Notes under the pieces: generated by a model
What the model was told of the DNA's origin: nothing
The model's input: only the letters and a program-made list of their open reading frames with translations
The model's database searches: none
In this document: in pieces, positions 1-9,892 of the stretch
How the letters are laid out: the number at the start of each line of letters is the position of its first letter
How positions within the stretch are numbered: position 1 is the stretch's first letter
Made by a program: the position numbers and the translations under genes
NCBI GenBank assembly: GCA_017396395.1
Contig: JAFQMF010000018.1
Span: 25,945 to 89,944 of the forward strand
Length of the DNA stretch: 64,000 nt
Reading direction: 5' to 3'
Origin: Clostridia bacterium
Lineage (GTDB): Bacteria; Bacillota; Clostridia; RUG12999

Positions 1-18
1 TTAAGGAGGTGGGAGCGT

Positions 19-1302
19 TTGAAATCAGTTGCTTTTTTCACACTTGGTTGCAAGGTAAATCAATATGAAACTGAAAGTATAATTGATAGTTTTGTAAATA
101 AAGGCTATGAAATTAAAGCTTTTGACCAAAAAGCGGATGTTTATGTTGTAAATACCTGTTCGGTAACTGCACTTGCAGACAGAAAGTCCCGTACTGCCCT
201 TAGAAAAGCCAGAAAACAGAATCCTGATGCTACCATAGTGGTATGCGGTTGCTATAGTCAGACCCATCCTGAAGATGTTAAGGAAATTCCTGAGGCAGAT
301 ATAATTTTAGGAAATACAGGCAAAGAAAATATTGTTTCTCTTGTTGAAGAAAAGGAAAACAGATTTTTCGTTACCGATATAATGGAAGAACGAATTTTTG
401 CTGAAAACTCCGTGTCGGGACATTCAGACAAAACAAGAGCCTTTATGAAAATTCAGGACGGCTGTGATAACTACTGTGCTTACTGCATTATTCCCTATGC
501 AAGAGGTCATATCCGAAGCAGGGATATGGAAAGCATTGTCCGTGAAGCAAAAAAATTTGTAAAAAACGGTTATAAAGAAATTGTCCTTACAGGTATTCAT
601 ATTACCTCTTACGGCAAGGAAACAGGGGATAAAAATTTACTTGATGTTCTGAAAATGCTTCATAGCATTGAAGGTATCAGACGCATCCGACTTGGCTCTC
701 TTGAATATAACGATGCATTAATTGACGTGGCAAATCACGCAGATGAGCTTCCTTTGCTGTGCAACCATTTTCATGTATCACTGCAAAGTGGGTGTGATGA
801 AACTTTAAAGAGAATGAGAAGAAGATATACCACAAGTGAGTATTTTGAAGGAATTTCCCTTTTAAGAAAAGCTTTTCCCAATTGTGCCATTACCACAGAT
901 ATTATGGTGGGTTTTCCTGGAGAAACACAGGAAGAATTTGAAAAAAGTCTTGCCTTTGCAAAAAAAGCAGAATTTTCTAAAATGCATATTTTCCCCTACT
1001 CTGTAAGAGAAGGCACAAAGGCTGCAGATATGCCCAATCAGCTTAACAAAGAGGAAAAAAAGAAGCGGGCTTCTTTAATGGAAAACACCGATAGAGAAAA
1101 TGCGGAAAAATTTATGAAAAGCCAGAGGGGTACATTTCAAAGCGTGCTTTTTGAAACAAAAGATGGGGATTATTATATAGGTCATACCACAAATTACCTG
1201 ACTGTAAAAGTAAAAAGCGATATGGACTTGCATAACGAAATTCTGCAAGTGAAAATTACAGGATATTCAAAGGATACTTTAACAGGAGAAATTATATATT
1301 AA
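19..1302 (+). CDS. mtaB: tRNA methylthiotransferase, MtaB-like (radical SAM, MiaB family)
   Basis: 427-aa ORF. N-terminal MTTase domain (FTLGCKVNQYE), radical-SAM CxxxCxxC (CDNYCAYC), TRAM-like C-terminus. TTG start at 19 preceded by AAGGAGG at 3-9. Confidence 0.75.
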   Translation: MKSVAFFTLGCKVNQYETESIIDSFVNKGYEIKAFDQKADVYVVNTCSVTALADRKSRTALRKARKQNPDATIVVCGCYSQTHPEDVKEIPEADIILGNTGKENIVSLVEEKENRFFVTDIMEERIFAENSVSGHSDKTRAFMKIQDGCDNYCAYCIIPYARGHIRSRDMESIVREAKKFVKNGYKEIVLTGIHITSYGKETGDKNLLDVLKMLHSIEGIRRIRLGSLEYNDALIDVANHADELPLLCNHFHVSLQSGCDETLKRMRRRYTTSEYFEGISLLRKAFPNCAITTDIMVGFPGETQEEFEKSLAFAKKAEFSKMHIFPYSVREGTKAADMPNQLNKEEKKKRASLMENTDRENAEKFMKSQRGTFQSVLFETKDGDYYIGHTTNYLTVKVKSDMDLHNEILQVKITGYSKDTLTGEIIY

Positions 1303-1308
1303 AACTTA

Positions 1309-1342
1309 AAGTCAAGGAAAATTCCTTGACTTTTCTTTTTTC
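1309..1342 (+). terminator. intrinsic terminator after mtaB
   Basis: Hairpin AAGTCAAGG-aaaatt-CCTTGACTT followed by a T-rich run. Confidence 0.7.
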
Positions 1343-1414
1343 ACTTACCTCTTTTTACATTTTTTTCCATATTTATGTTGTATAATTAAAGGGTGCTTTA
1401 AAGGAAGTGAGTAA

Positions 1415-2227
1415 ATGATAACTGTTTACATAGATATGCTTTTTATTGTAAATTTCATTATGGATTTTCTTATTATTTCCCTTACAGCTAAAATTTCAGG
1501 CAGCTACTCCCCTGTCCGTAAGCTTTTTGGCAGTCTGGCAGGAGCAATTTACAGCTGCGGAATGTTTTTTATTCCCATTAAACCATTATATTCATTTTTT
1601 TGTATGGTACTCTTTTCCTGTCTTATGGTAAAAATATCACTAAAGGGAAGCTTCCTTAAAAATTTAGGTGTTTTCTGGGGTGTAAGTATCCTTGCAGGAG
1701 GAATTATATTTGCCATATTTTTAAAAGGGGGCGTTTTTATCTCAAACGGAAGTGTATATTTCAGTGCTGGAATAACAAATTTAATTTTAGGTGCATTTCT
1801 ATTATATATATCCGTTAAGATTGTTTGCAAAATTCTTGACCGACTTGCTCTTTCCCGAAAGGAAAATGTTATATTGGAAATTAAAAACGGAGAAAAAACA
1901 GCTACACTTAATGCTCTTTGCGATACAGGGAATATGCTGAGTGAACCTTTTACAGGACTGCCTGTATGCATAATAGCAAGGCATTTTTATGAAACCTTGC
2001 ATACCGATAATGACAAACTTTATATTATCCCTTATAAAACTGTGGATAAGCCACATGGTGTAATGCTGGGAATTTTGCCTGAAATTGTTACCATTACCAC
2101 ACCTGACGGAAAAAGATATTTTCCTGCCTGTATAATCACCTCCACTGATATATCAATAAAAAAGGGTGTTGATGCAATAATAAATCCCCAGATGCTTACA
2201 AACAATAAAGTGTTAAGTAAAGTTTAA
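1415..2227 (+). CDS. spoIIGA: sigma-E processing peptidase SpoIIGA
   Basis: 270 aa. Polytopic membrane N-terminal half; C-terminal half carries an aspartic-protease-like LCDTGN motif. Lies directly upstream of sigE, as in spoIIG operons. Confidence 0.85.
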   Translation: MITVYIDMLFIVNFIMDFLIISLTAKISGSYSPVRKLFGSLAGAIYSCGMFFIPIKPLYSFFCMVLFSCLMVKISLKGSFLKNLGVFWGVSILAGGIIFAIFLKGGVFISNGSVYFSAGITNLILGAFLLYISVKIVCKILDRLALSRKENVILEIKNGEKTATLNALCDTGNMLSEPFTGLPVCIIARHFYETLHTDNDKLYIIPYKTVDKPHGVMLGILPEIVTITTPDGKRYFPACIITSTDISIKKGVDAIINPQMLTNNKVLSKV

Positions 2228-2252
2228 AATCCCGAAAGGAAGCCCAGAAACA

Positions 2253-2981
2253 ATGAAAAAATTTTGTAATTTTAAAGAGTACATAATACTTAAAATTTGC
2301 AGTGCAATAAATATAAAATCCCAAAGTGAGGATGGTATTTTTTATGTGTGCGGAAGTGATGTTCTTCCCCCGCCTTTAGAACCCGAAGAAGAGGCAAAAC
2401 TGATTTTGAAGCTTTCAGATGACAGAGAAGATATAAGACAAATTCTTATTGAGCGAAACCTTCGTCTTGTGGTGTATATAGCACGAAAATTCGAATCCAG
2501 CGGTGTGGGAATTGAAGATTTGGTTTCCATAGGTGCTATTGGTTTGATAAAAGCTATAAACACCTTTAAAGCAGATAAAAATATTAAGCTTGCCACCTAC
2601 GCTTCCAGATGTATTGAAAATGAGATTTTAATGTTTCTTCGTAAAAATACTTTAAGAAAAAATGAGGTTTCTATTGATGAGCCTCTTAATACCGATTGGG
2701 ACGGCAACGAACTTTTACTCTCAGATGTACTGGGAACTGACAGGGATATTATAAGCAAAAATATTGAGGAGGAAACTGACCGTCAGTTATTGTATAGTGC
2801 CATATCAGGTCTTGCAAAAAGAGAGCGTACCATTATGGAGCTTCGTTTCGGACTGGCAGGAAAAACCGAAAAAACGCAAAAAGAGGTAGCAGATATGCTG
2901 GGCATTTCCCAATCCTATATTTCAAGGCTGGAAAAGCGTATTATCTCACGCCTTAAAAAAGAAATAAACAAGCTTATTTGA
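2253..2981 (+). CDS. sigE: sporulation sigma factor SigE (pro-sigma-E)
   Basis: 242 aa. N-terminal pro-sequence, then sigma-70 region 2 ([25 protein letters not shown]) and region 4 HTH ([21 protein letters not shown]). Follows spoIIGA. Confidence 0.9.
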   Translation: MKKFCNFKEYIILKICSAINIKSQSEDGIFYVCGSDVLPPPLEPEEEAKLILKLSDDREDIRQILIERNLRLVVYIARKFESSGVGIEDLVSIGAIGLIKAINTFKADKNIKLATYASRCIENEILMFLRKNTLRKNEVSIDEPLNTDWDGNELLLSDVLGTDRDIISKNIEEETDRQLLYSAISGLAKRERTIMELRFGLAGKTEKTQKEVADMLGISQSYISRLEKRIISRLKKEINKLI

Positions 2982-3164
2982 AGCTTTTGAGAAAGTTTAA
3001 AAATCAAGAAAAATCTAAGCTTTATTGAGCTTTTTTACTCTTTTAAATGATGTTGACTGTAAATTGAAAGAGAAAAAACCTATACTGCAAAAAAACAGCT
3101 TTCTAAAAAGCGAAAGAAAAAAGCTGATACAAATAAAAAAACCTCAGTTTTTGGCGGAAAAATA

Positions 3165-3193
3165 TTGACAAAATTTAAAAACCGCAGTATAAT
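3165..3193 (+). promoter_or_regulatory. sigma-A type promoter of the T-box operon
   Basis: TTGACA (3165-3170), 17-nt spacer, TATAAT (3188-3193). Confidence 0.7.
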
Positions 3194-3199
3194 AGTAGT

Positions 3200-3497
3200 A
3201 TATAAATGCGAAGACCGAAAACAAGTAGGTTGATTTTGATGCTACAGCAGGACTTTCCTGCTATCAGAGATTTGCCGGTTGGTGCAAGGCAATGGCTATA
3301 TATTTTAACCGAATACATTTCGAGAGCAGTGCACCGAAAAAGCGTTTTGCTTAAAGTAGGATGCAACGGGAGTTCCCGTCACAGAACAAGGGTTTGTTGG
3401 AACCTGCAAAGGTTTGCACCGTGAGATGCAAACGAACTGAGGTGGTACCACGGCATATACGCCGTCCTCTGTTAAAATCAGAGGACGGTTTTTTTAT
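3200..3497 (+). promoter_or_regulatory. T-box riboswitch leader, specifier probably UAC (Tyr)
   Basis: AGTA box 3224-3227; AGAGA bulge 3266-3270; GGTGCAA distal loop 3281-3287; specifier loop GAA-UAC-A 3311-3317; T-box sequence AACGAACTGAGGTGGTACCACGG 3431-3453; terminator GCCGTCCTCTG-ttaaaat-CAGAGGACGG plus T-run 3461-3497. Confidence 0.8.
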
Positions 3498-3528
3498 ATC
3501 CTCCTCCAACAGAAAGGGATTAATAAAA

Positions 3529-5052
3529 ATGGCAGTGAAAATTTTAATGTTGGTAGTTTTCTTTTGTACTATGATTGGGGTAGGCTTTTACTGTAAAAAG
3601 CATACCACTGATGTAAAAGGCTTTGTACTGGGAGGTCGTAATGTAGGTCCCTGGCTTACTGCTTTTGCATATGGTACTTCCTACTTCTCCGCAGTAATTT
3701 TCGTGGGCTACGCAGGTCAGTTTGGCTGGAAGTTTGGTATTGCTTCTACATGGATAGGTCTTGGTAACGCCATTATAGGCTCACTTCTTGCTTGGATAGT
3801 TTTAGGCAGACGCACACGTTTGCAGACTCAGCATCTTCACACATCTACCATGCCAGAATATTTTGGCAAGCGTTTTAACAGCACTGCTCTTAAAATAGTG
3901 GCATCTGGTATTGTGTTTGTATTTTTAATTCCTTATACCGCTTCCCTTTATAACGGTCTTTCACGGCTTTTTGAAATGGCGTTTGACGGCATTTCATATA
4001 ATGTATGTGTAATTGTAATGGCTGTCCTTACAGGAATTTACGTTATTGCAGGGGGATATATGGCAACTGCAATTAATGATTTTATTCAGGGAATTGTTAT
4101 GATTATAGGTATTGTAGCAGTTATTGGTGCAGTACTTTCAGGTCACGGTGGATTTATGGCATCTTTAAAGGAATTATCACAGGTTGAGCACGAAATTCCC
4201 GGTGCATACGCCTCCTTCTTTGGCCCTGACCCCTTTGGGCTTTTATGCGTTGTGATTTTAACTTCTCTTGGCACTTGGGGACTTCCTCAGATGGTACAAA
4301 AATTTTACGCAATAAAAAGCGAAAAGAATATTTCAAAGGGTACTATTATTTCTACAGTATTTGCTATTATTGTAGCAGGTGGCTGTTATTTTCTTGGGGG
4401 CTTCGGAAGAATTTCCGGTGTTGCAGTAGAAGGCGGAAACCCTGTTGGGGGATTTGATACAATTATTCCTCAGATGCTAGGCGGACTTGGAGATGTGCTT
4501 ATTGGTATTGTAATTGTACTTGTACTTTCCGCATCAATGTCCACACTTTCCTCATTAGTACTTACATCAAGTTCAACTTTAACCCTTGATATGATAAGAA
4601 AACACATTATAAAAAATATGTCAGATAAAAAACAGGTTTTTACTATGAGAATTTTTGTTGTAGTATTTATTATAATTTCTGCAGTAATTGCTATTAACAA
4701 AGATAAACTGGGTTATATCGCAGATATGATGGGTATTTCCTGGGGTGCTCTTGCAGGTGCATTTCTTGCTCCCTTCTTATACGGTTTGTACTTTAAATGG
4801 GTAACAAAGCTTGCTGTTTGGGTGAACTTTATTTTCGGTTCAGGACTTATGGTTGCAAATATGCTGTTTAGAAACAATTTCCCAACTGCATTACAGTCAC
4901 CTATTAACTGCGGTGCGGTAGCTTTACTTGCTGGTATGGTAATTGTTCCTTTAGTAAGTCTTATTTCTAAAAAACCTGAAAATGTTGAAGAAATGTTTGT
5001 CTGCTACGAAGAAAAGGTTACCGTTCCTGTTAAAAAGGCACTTGGAGAATAA
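3529..5052 (+). CDS. sodium:solute symporter (SSS) family transporter
   Basis: ATG at 3529 with RBS AGAAAGGGA. 507 aa, polytopic, SSS-like N-terminal region (GGRNVGPWLTAFAYGTSYFSAVIFVGYAG). The 56 upstream codons in the ORF track (from 3361) are the T-box leader. Confidence 0.8.
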   Translation: MAVKILMLVVFFCTMIGVGFYCKKHTTDVKGFVLGGRNVGPWLTAFAYGTSYFSAVIFVGYAGQFGWKFGIASTWIGLGNAIIGSLLAWIVLGRRTRLQTQHLHTSTMPEYFGKRFNSTALKIVASGIVFVFLIPYTASLYNGLSRLFEMAFDGISYNVCVIVMAVLTGIYVIAGGYMATAINDFIQGIVMIIGIVAVIGAVLSGHGGFMASLKELSQVEHEIPGAYASFFGPDPFGLLCVVILTSLGTWGLPQMVQKFYAIKSEKNISKGTIISTVFAIIVAGGCYFLGGFGRISGVAVEGGNPVGGFDTIIPQMLGGLGDVLIGIVIVLVLSASMSTLSSLVLTSSSTLTLDMIRKHIIKNMSDKKQVFTMRIFVVVFIIISAVIAINKDKLGYIADMMGISWGALAGAFLAPFLYGLYFKWVTKLAVWVNFIFGSGLMVANMLFRNNFPTALQSPINCGAVALLAGMVIVPLVSLISKKPENVEEMFVCYEEKVTVPVKKALGE

Positions 5053-5095
5053 ACTTTAAAGTAAGTTTTTAAACTGTGAAAGGCTCTGAATAAAA

Positions 5096-5887
5096 ATGGT
5101 TATAGATTTTCATACTCACTGCTTTCCTGAAAAAATAGCAGAGAGAGCTGTAAATACTTTAAAATATTCCGCAGGGGGACTTATCCCCCGCAACGATGGC
5201 AGTATATCGGGACTTTTAAATAATATGAAAGAAGATGGTGTGGATATTTCGGTGGTAATGAATATTGCCACAAATCCCCGTCAGCAACACTCTGTAAATG
5301 ATTTTGCCCGTGAGCAGAATGAAACTGAAGGCATATTGGCTTTTGGCTCGGTACATCCGGATGCAGAGGATGCTCTTTGCGAACTTGAGCGAATTAAAGA
5401 TATGGGCTTAAAGGGCATTAAACTGCACCCTGAATATCAGGAGTTTTATGCAGATGATGAAAAGCTTATTCCCTTATACAAAAAGGCATCAAGTCTTGGT
5501 CTAATTGTTCTTTTTCATGCAGGATGCGATTTTGGATTCGGCACTCCCTACCATGGTATGCCGGAAAATCTTGTAAAGGCTTTAAAGTACCTTGATACTC
5601 CTGTAGTGGCTGCCCATTGGGGCGGACTTACCTGTCATGAAGAGGTTTTAAAGCATCTGGCGGGACTTCCAATATATTTTGATACCTCATTTTCTCACGG
5701 AATAGTGGCAAAACCAATGATACAGCGAATTGTGGAAAAGCATGGCACAGATAAGCTTCTTTTTGGGTCGGATTCTCCCTGGCACAGGCCATGTGAGGAT
5801 AAGCTTTTAATTGAAAGTCTTGACCTTTCAGACAGTGATAAAGAAAGAATTTATTATAAAAATGCAGTAGAACTTTTAAAAATATAG
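5096..5887 (+). CDS. amidohydrolase-2 / TIM-barrel metal-dependent hydrolase family protein
   Basis: 263 aa. N-terminal IDFHTHCF (HxH metal ligands), internal HPEYQ and HAG.., C-terminal GSDSPW, typical of the Amidohydro_2 fold. Confidence 0.65.
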   Translation: MVIDFHTHCFPEKIAERAVNTLKYSAGGLIPRNDGSISGLLNNMKEDGVDISVVMNIATNPRQQHSVNDFAREQNETEGILAFGSVHPDAEDALCELERIKDMGLKGIKLHPEYQEFYADDEKLIPLYKKASSLGLIVLFHAGCDFGFGTPYHGMPENLVKALKYLDTPVVAAHWGGLTCHEEVLKHLAGLPIYFDTSFSHGIVAKPMIQRIVEKHGTDKLLFGSDSPWHRPCEDKLLIESLDLSDSDKERIYYKNAVELLKI

Positions 5888-5914
5888 AGATTGTAACAGA
5901 AAGGGGTTATAGCT

Positions 5915-7555
5915 ATGATTATAACCGATTTACTTGAGAGAAATGCAAAGGAATATAAGGATGAGGTAGCTTTAATTGAAATTGCTCCTCAGCTTATGGA
6001 GGGTGCAAAGGTAACCTGGAAGGAATATGCACTTATTCAGCCAAATACCACCGAGCCTGTGCGTGAAGAGCTTACTTGGGGCGAATTTGATAAAAAAGCA
6101 AACCGATTTGCAAACCTTCTTTTAAGCCGTGGCATAAAAAAGGGCGATAAGGTTGCAATACTTCTTATGAACTGTCTTGAGTGGCTTCCTATTTATTTTG
6201 GCACATTAAAGGCAGGTGCTTTGGCAGTACCTCTTAATTACAGATATACCGCTCAGGAAATAAAATATTGCGTAGATTTATCCGATTCTGATGTGCTGGT
6301 TTTCGGCCCTGAATTTATAGGCAGAGTGGAAGAAATTTACGACAGAATTCCAAAGGTTAAGCAGGTATTTTATGTGGGAGAAAACTGTCCTACCTTTGCA
6401 GAAAGCTACAATAAGCTTGTAACCTATTGCTCATCTAAAGCTCCTGATATAAAAATTACACAGCAGGACGATGGTGCAATCTATTTTTCCTCAGGCACAA
6501 CAGGCTTTCCAAAAGCAATTTTACACAAGCATTTAAGTCTTATACATTCTGCCAAAACAGAGCAGGCACATCACGGTCAGAACCGTAACGACTGCTTCCT
6601 TTGTATTCCCCCTCTTTATCATACAGGGGCAAAAATGCATTGGTTTGGCTCACTTTATGCAGGTAGTAAGGCGGTGCTTTTAAAGGGCGTTAAGCCTGAA
6701 TGGATACTTCGTGCCGCATCTGAAGAAAAATGTACTATAGTGTGGCTGTTAGTACCCTGGGCACAGGATATTTTAGACAGCATTGACAGAGGGGAAATCA
6801 GTCTTGATGATTATGACCTTTCTAACTGGCGGTTAATGCATATAGGTGCTCAGCCTGTACCCCCCAGTCTTATTTCCCGTTGGAAAAAGCATTTTCCCCT
6901 TCACAGCTATGATACCAACTATGGTCTTAGTGAATCTATCGGACCAGGCTGTGTGCATCTTGGAGTGGAAAATATTCATAAAGTGGGTGCTATCGGCAAG
7001 GCAGGTTACGGCTGGGAAGTTAAAATCTGCAACGAAAATGGCGTAAGTGTGAAAAAAGGAGATGTAGGCGAGCTTGCAGTTAAAGGTCCAGGTGTTATGA
7101 CCTGTTACTATAATGACGAAAAGGCTACAAACGAGGTTCTTCGTGATGGGTGGCTGTTTACAGGAGATATGGCAAGAGAGGACGAGGACGGTTTCATTTT
7201 CCTTGTAGATAGGAAAAAGGACGTTATAATTTCAGGTGGCGAAAACCTGTATCCTGTACAGATTGAGGACTTTTTAAGAGCCTGTCCACATATTAAAGAC
7301 GTTGCTGTTATCGGTCTTCCGGATAGCCGTCTTGGAGAAATTGCGGCAGCTATAATTGAGCTTAAGCCCGAATGTATGAATATTACAGAAGAAGATATTA
7401 CGGAGTTCTGTCACGAGCTTCCTAAATATAAAAGACCACGAAAGATTATTTTTGCTGATGTTCCCAGAAATCCTACAGGCAAGATTGAAAAACCAAAGCT
7501 TCGTGAGATGTACTGCGGACAAAGCCTTGTTGCTCAGCAAAACGAGATAAATTAA
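5915..7555 (+). CDS. AMP-dependent acyl-CoA synthetase/ligase (ANL superfamily)
   Basis: 546 aa. AMP-binding motif SSGTTGFPK, YHTGA, GDMAREDEDGF, C-terminal PRNPTGKIEKPKLR. Confidence 0.8.
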   Translation: MIITDLLERNAKEYKDEVALIEIAPQLMEGAKVTWKEYALIQPNTTEPVREELTWGEFDKKANRFANLLLSRGIKKGDKVAILLMNCLEWLPIYFGTLKAGALAVPLNYRYTAQEIKYCVDLSDSDVLVFGPEFIGRVEEIYDRIPKVKQVFYVGENCPTFAESYNKLVTYCSSKAPDIKITQQDDGAIYFSSGTTGFPKAILHKHLSLIHSAKTEQAHHGQNRNDCFLCIPPLYHTGAKMHWFGSLYAGSKAVLLKGVKPEWILRAASEEKCTIVWLLVPWAQDILDSIDRGEISLDDYDLSNWRLMHIGAQPVPPSLISRWKKHFPLHSYDTNYGLSESIGPGCVHLGVENIHKVGAIGKAGYGWEVKICNENGVSVKKGDVGELAVKGPGVMTCYYNDEKATNEVLRDGWLFTGDMAREDEDGFIFLVDRKKDVIISGGENLYPVQIEDFLRACPHIKDVAVIGLPDSRLGEIAAAIIELKPECMNITEEDITEFCHELPKYKRPRKIIFADVPRNPTGKIEKPKLREMYCGQSLVAQQNEIN

Positions 7556-7569
7556 GGGAGGTATATAAA

Positions 7570-9303
7570 ATGCAAAAGTTGTTACTTGGAAATGCGGCAG
7601 TTGCAAGAGGTGCTTATGAAGCAGGCGTAACTGTTGTATCTTCTTATCCCGGTACTCCCAGTACCGAAATTACTGAAAATATTGTTTCATATCCTGAAAT
7701 ATATGCAGAGTGGGCACCTAATGAAAAGGTTGCTGCTGAGGTTGCTATCGGTGCATCCATTGCAGGAGCAAGAGCAATGTCCTGTATGAAGCATGTAGGT
7801 ATGAATGTTATGGCCGATCCTATGTTTACAGTTAGCTATATTGGGGTAAACGGCGGACTTGTATTCTGTGTTGCAGACGACCCTGGTATGCACTCTTCCC
7901 AGAATGAACAGGATTCAAGACATTATGCACAGGCTTCTAAAATTCCTATGCTTGAACCTTCTGACTCTCAGGAATGCAAGGAGTTTACAAAACTTGCTTA
8001 CTCCCTTTCTGAGGAGTTTGACACTCCCTTTATTATCCGACTTTCTACCAGAGTTTCTCACTCACAGAGTATGGTTAAGCTGCAGGAAAGAGAAAGCTAT
8101 AATTTAAAGGATTACGAAAAAAACATTGGAAAAAATGTTATGATGCCTGCAAATGCAGTTAAGCGTCATATTGAAGTAGAGAAGAGAACTGCAAAGCTTA
8201 TAGAGTATGCAGAAACCTGTCCTTTAAATATCGAAGAAATAAATGAAGGAAAAATCGGTGTTATCACTTCAGGAATTTCCTATATGTATGCAAAAGAAGC
8301 ACTTGGGGACAAGGTAAGTTATTTAAAACTTGGACTTGCATGGCCTATGCCTGAAGAAAAAATTAAGGCTTTTGCAAAGAAATTTGACAAGGTTTATGTA
8401 ATTGAAGAGCTTGACCCTGTAATAGAAAATCATTGTAAGGCTCTTGGTGTTAAAGTAATCGGCAAGGATGTATTTACTCTTCTTGGAGAATATACCCCTG
8501 CTATGATAAAAGAGCAGGTGCTGGGCGAAGGCGTGCCTGAATTTACAGCTTTAGAGGAACAAATCCCTGTTCGTCCACCTGTTATGTGTGCAGGCTGTCC
8601 ACACAGAGGAACATTTTATGTACTTAAAAAATTAGGACTTGTAGTATCAGGAGATATTGGCTGTTATACTCTGGGAGCTGTGGCTCCACTTGCAAGTGTT
8701 GATACTACCATCTGTATGGGTGCATCTGTTTCTGCAGCTCTTGGTATGGCAAAAGCAAGAGGAGATGAGTGGAGTAAAAAGCTTGTTAGCGTTATAGGTG
8801 ATTCCACCTTTATGCACTCAGGTATTACAGGCCTTATTGATATTGTATATAATAAGGGTATAAACACCGTTATAATTCTTGATAACTCCATTACAGGTAT
8901 GACAGGACATCAGGAAAATCCCACCACAGGTAAAACAATTCGCGGTGAAGCTACCAAACAGGTTGATCTGCTTGCTCTTTGCAAAGCAGTGGGTGTAAAC
9001 AGAGTACGTATTGCTGACCCATTTGATGTTAAAACCTTTGAAGCGGTTGTTAAAGAAGAAACACAGGCAGAAGAACCTTCTGTAATTATTGCTCAGCGTC
9101 CGTGTGCTCTTTTAAAGACAGTTAAATATTCCGGTCACTGCACTATTACTGAAAACTGCAAAAAGTGTAAAATGTGTATGAAGCTTGGCTGTCCTGCAAT
9201 ATCTGCTGATGGCGATGGAGTTAAAATTGATTTAAATCAGTGCAACGGCTGCGGACTTTGCGTAAATGTATGTCCCTTTGATGCAATTAAGAAGGAGGAC
9301 TAA
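7570..9303 (+). CDS. iorA: indolepyruvate (arylpyruvate):ferredoxin oxidoreductase alpha subunit
   Basis: 577 aa. N-terminal LLGNAAVARGAYEAGV..SYPGTPSTE, TPP-binding region, C-terminal two 4Fe-4S motifs (CKKCKMCMKLGCP, CNGCGLCVNVCP). Confidence 0.85.
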   Translation: MQKLLLGNAAVARGAYEAGVTVVSSYPGTPSTEITENIVSYPEIYAEWAPNEKVAAEVAIGASIAGARAMSCMKHVGMNVMADPMFTVSYIGVNGGLVFCVADDPGMHSSQNEQDSRHYAQASKIPMLEPSDSQECKEFTKLAYSLSEEFDTPFIIRLSTRVSHSQSMVKLQERESYNLKDYEKNIGKNVMMPANAVKRHIEVEKRTAKLIEYAETCPLNIEEINEGKIGVITSGISYMYAKEALGDKVSYLKLGLAWPMPEEKIKAFAKKFDKVYVIEELDPVIENHCKALGVKVIGKDVFTLLGEYTPAMIKEQVLGEGVPEFTALEEQIPVRPPVMCAGCPHRGTFYVLKKLGLVVSGDIGCYTLGAVAPLASVDTTICMGASVSAALGMAKARGDEWSKKLVSVIGDSTFMHSGITGLIDIVYNKGINTVIILDNSITGMTGHQENPTTGKTIRGEATKQVDLLALCKAVGVNRVRIADPFDVKTFEAVVKEETQAEEPSVIIAQRPCALLKTVKYSGHCTITENCKKCKMCMKLGCPAISADGDGVKIDLNQCNGCGLCVNVCPFDAIKKED

Positions 9304-9307
9304 TTCT

Positions 9308-9874
9308 ATGACTAAAAATATTATGATTGTAGGTGTTGGCGGTCAGGGAACACTTCTTGCCAGCCGAATACTTGGAAACACTGTAATAAATGAAGGTTAT
9401 GATGTGAAAGTTTCCGAAGTTCACGGAATGAGTCAGCGTGGCGGAAGTGTTGTAACCTATGTAAAATATGGCGATAAGGTGTATTCTCCCATTATTGACA
9501 GAGGAGAGGCAGATATTATCCTTGCTTTTGAAAATCTTGAAGCTTACAGAAGCCTTCCTTTTCTTAAAAAGGGCGGAAAAATAATAATCAATAATCAGGA
9601 AATGAATCCTATGCCTGTAATTACTGGTGTGGCAAAATATCCTGAAAATATTACTGACAAAATTGCAGATATGGCAGATGCAACTGTGGTGGATGCAGTT
9701 ACTCTTGCAAAACAGGCAGGCAATATTAAGTCTGTTAATGTTGTTTTAATTGGTGTTATGGCAAAATCTACTGATATTGCATATGAAAAATGGATTAAAA
9801 CAATTAAAGAAACTGTTCCCGAAAAATTTGTTGATGTAAATATTAAGGCATTTGACCTTGGATATAATCTGTAA
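9308..9874 (+). CDS. iorB: indolepyruvate:ferredoxin oxidoreductase beta subunit
   Basis: ATG 9308 behind RBS AAGAAGGAGGA. IMIVGVGGQGTLLASRILG is the gamma-domain signature of 2-oxoacid oxidoreductases. The ORF-track start at 9266 overlaps iorA and is less likely. Confidence 0.85.
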   Translation: MTKNIMIVGVGGQGTLLASRILGNTVINEGYDVKVSEVHGMSQRGGSVVTYVKYGDKVYSPIIDRGEADIILAFENLEAYRSLPFLKKGGKIIINNQEMNPMPVITGVAKYPENITDKIADMADATVVDAVTLAKQAGNIKSVNVVLIGVMAKSTDIAYEKWIKTIKETVPEKFVDVNIKAFDLGYNL

Positions 9875-9892
9875 AAAGTGAGATGATTTTAA

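Noticed and set aside
3175-3528. Track ORFs 3175-3366 (-) and 3206-3424 (+), and the first 56 codons of 3361-5052
   Set aside because: They lie entirely inside the T-box leader (conserved RNA motifs and terminator). They have no RBS, and the symporter has a good RBS plus ATG at 3529.
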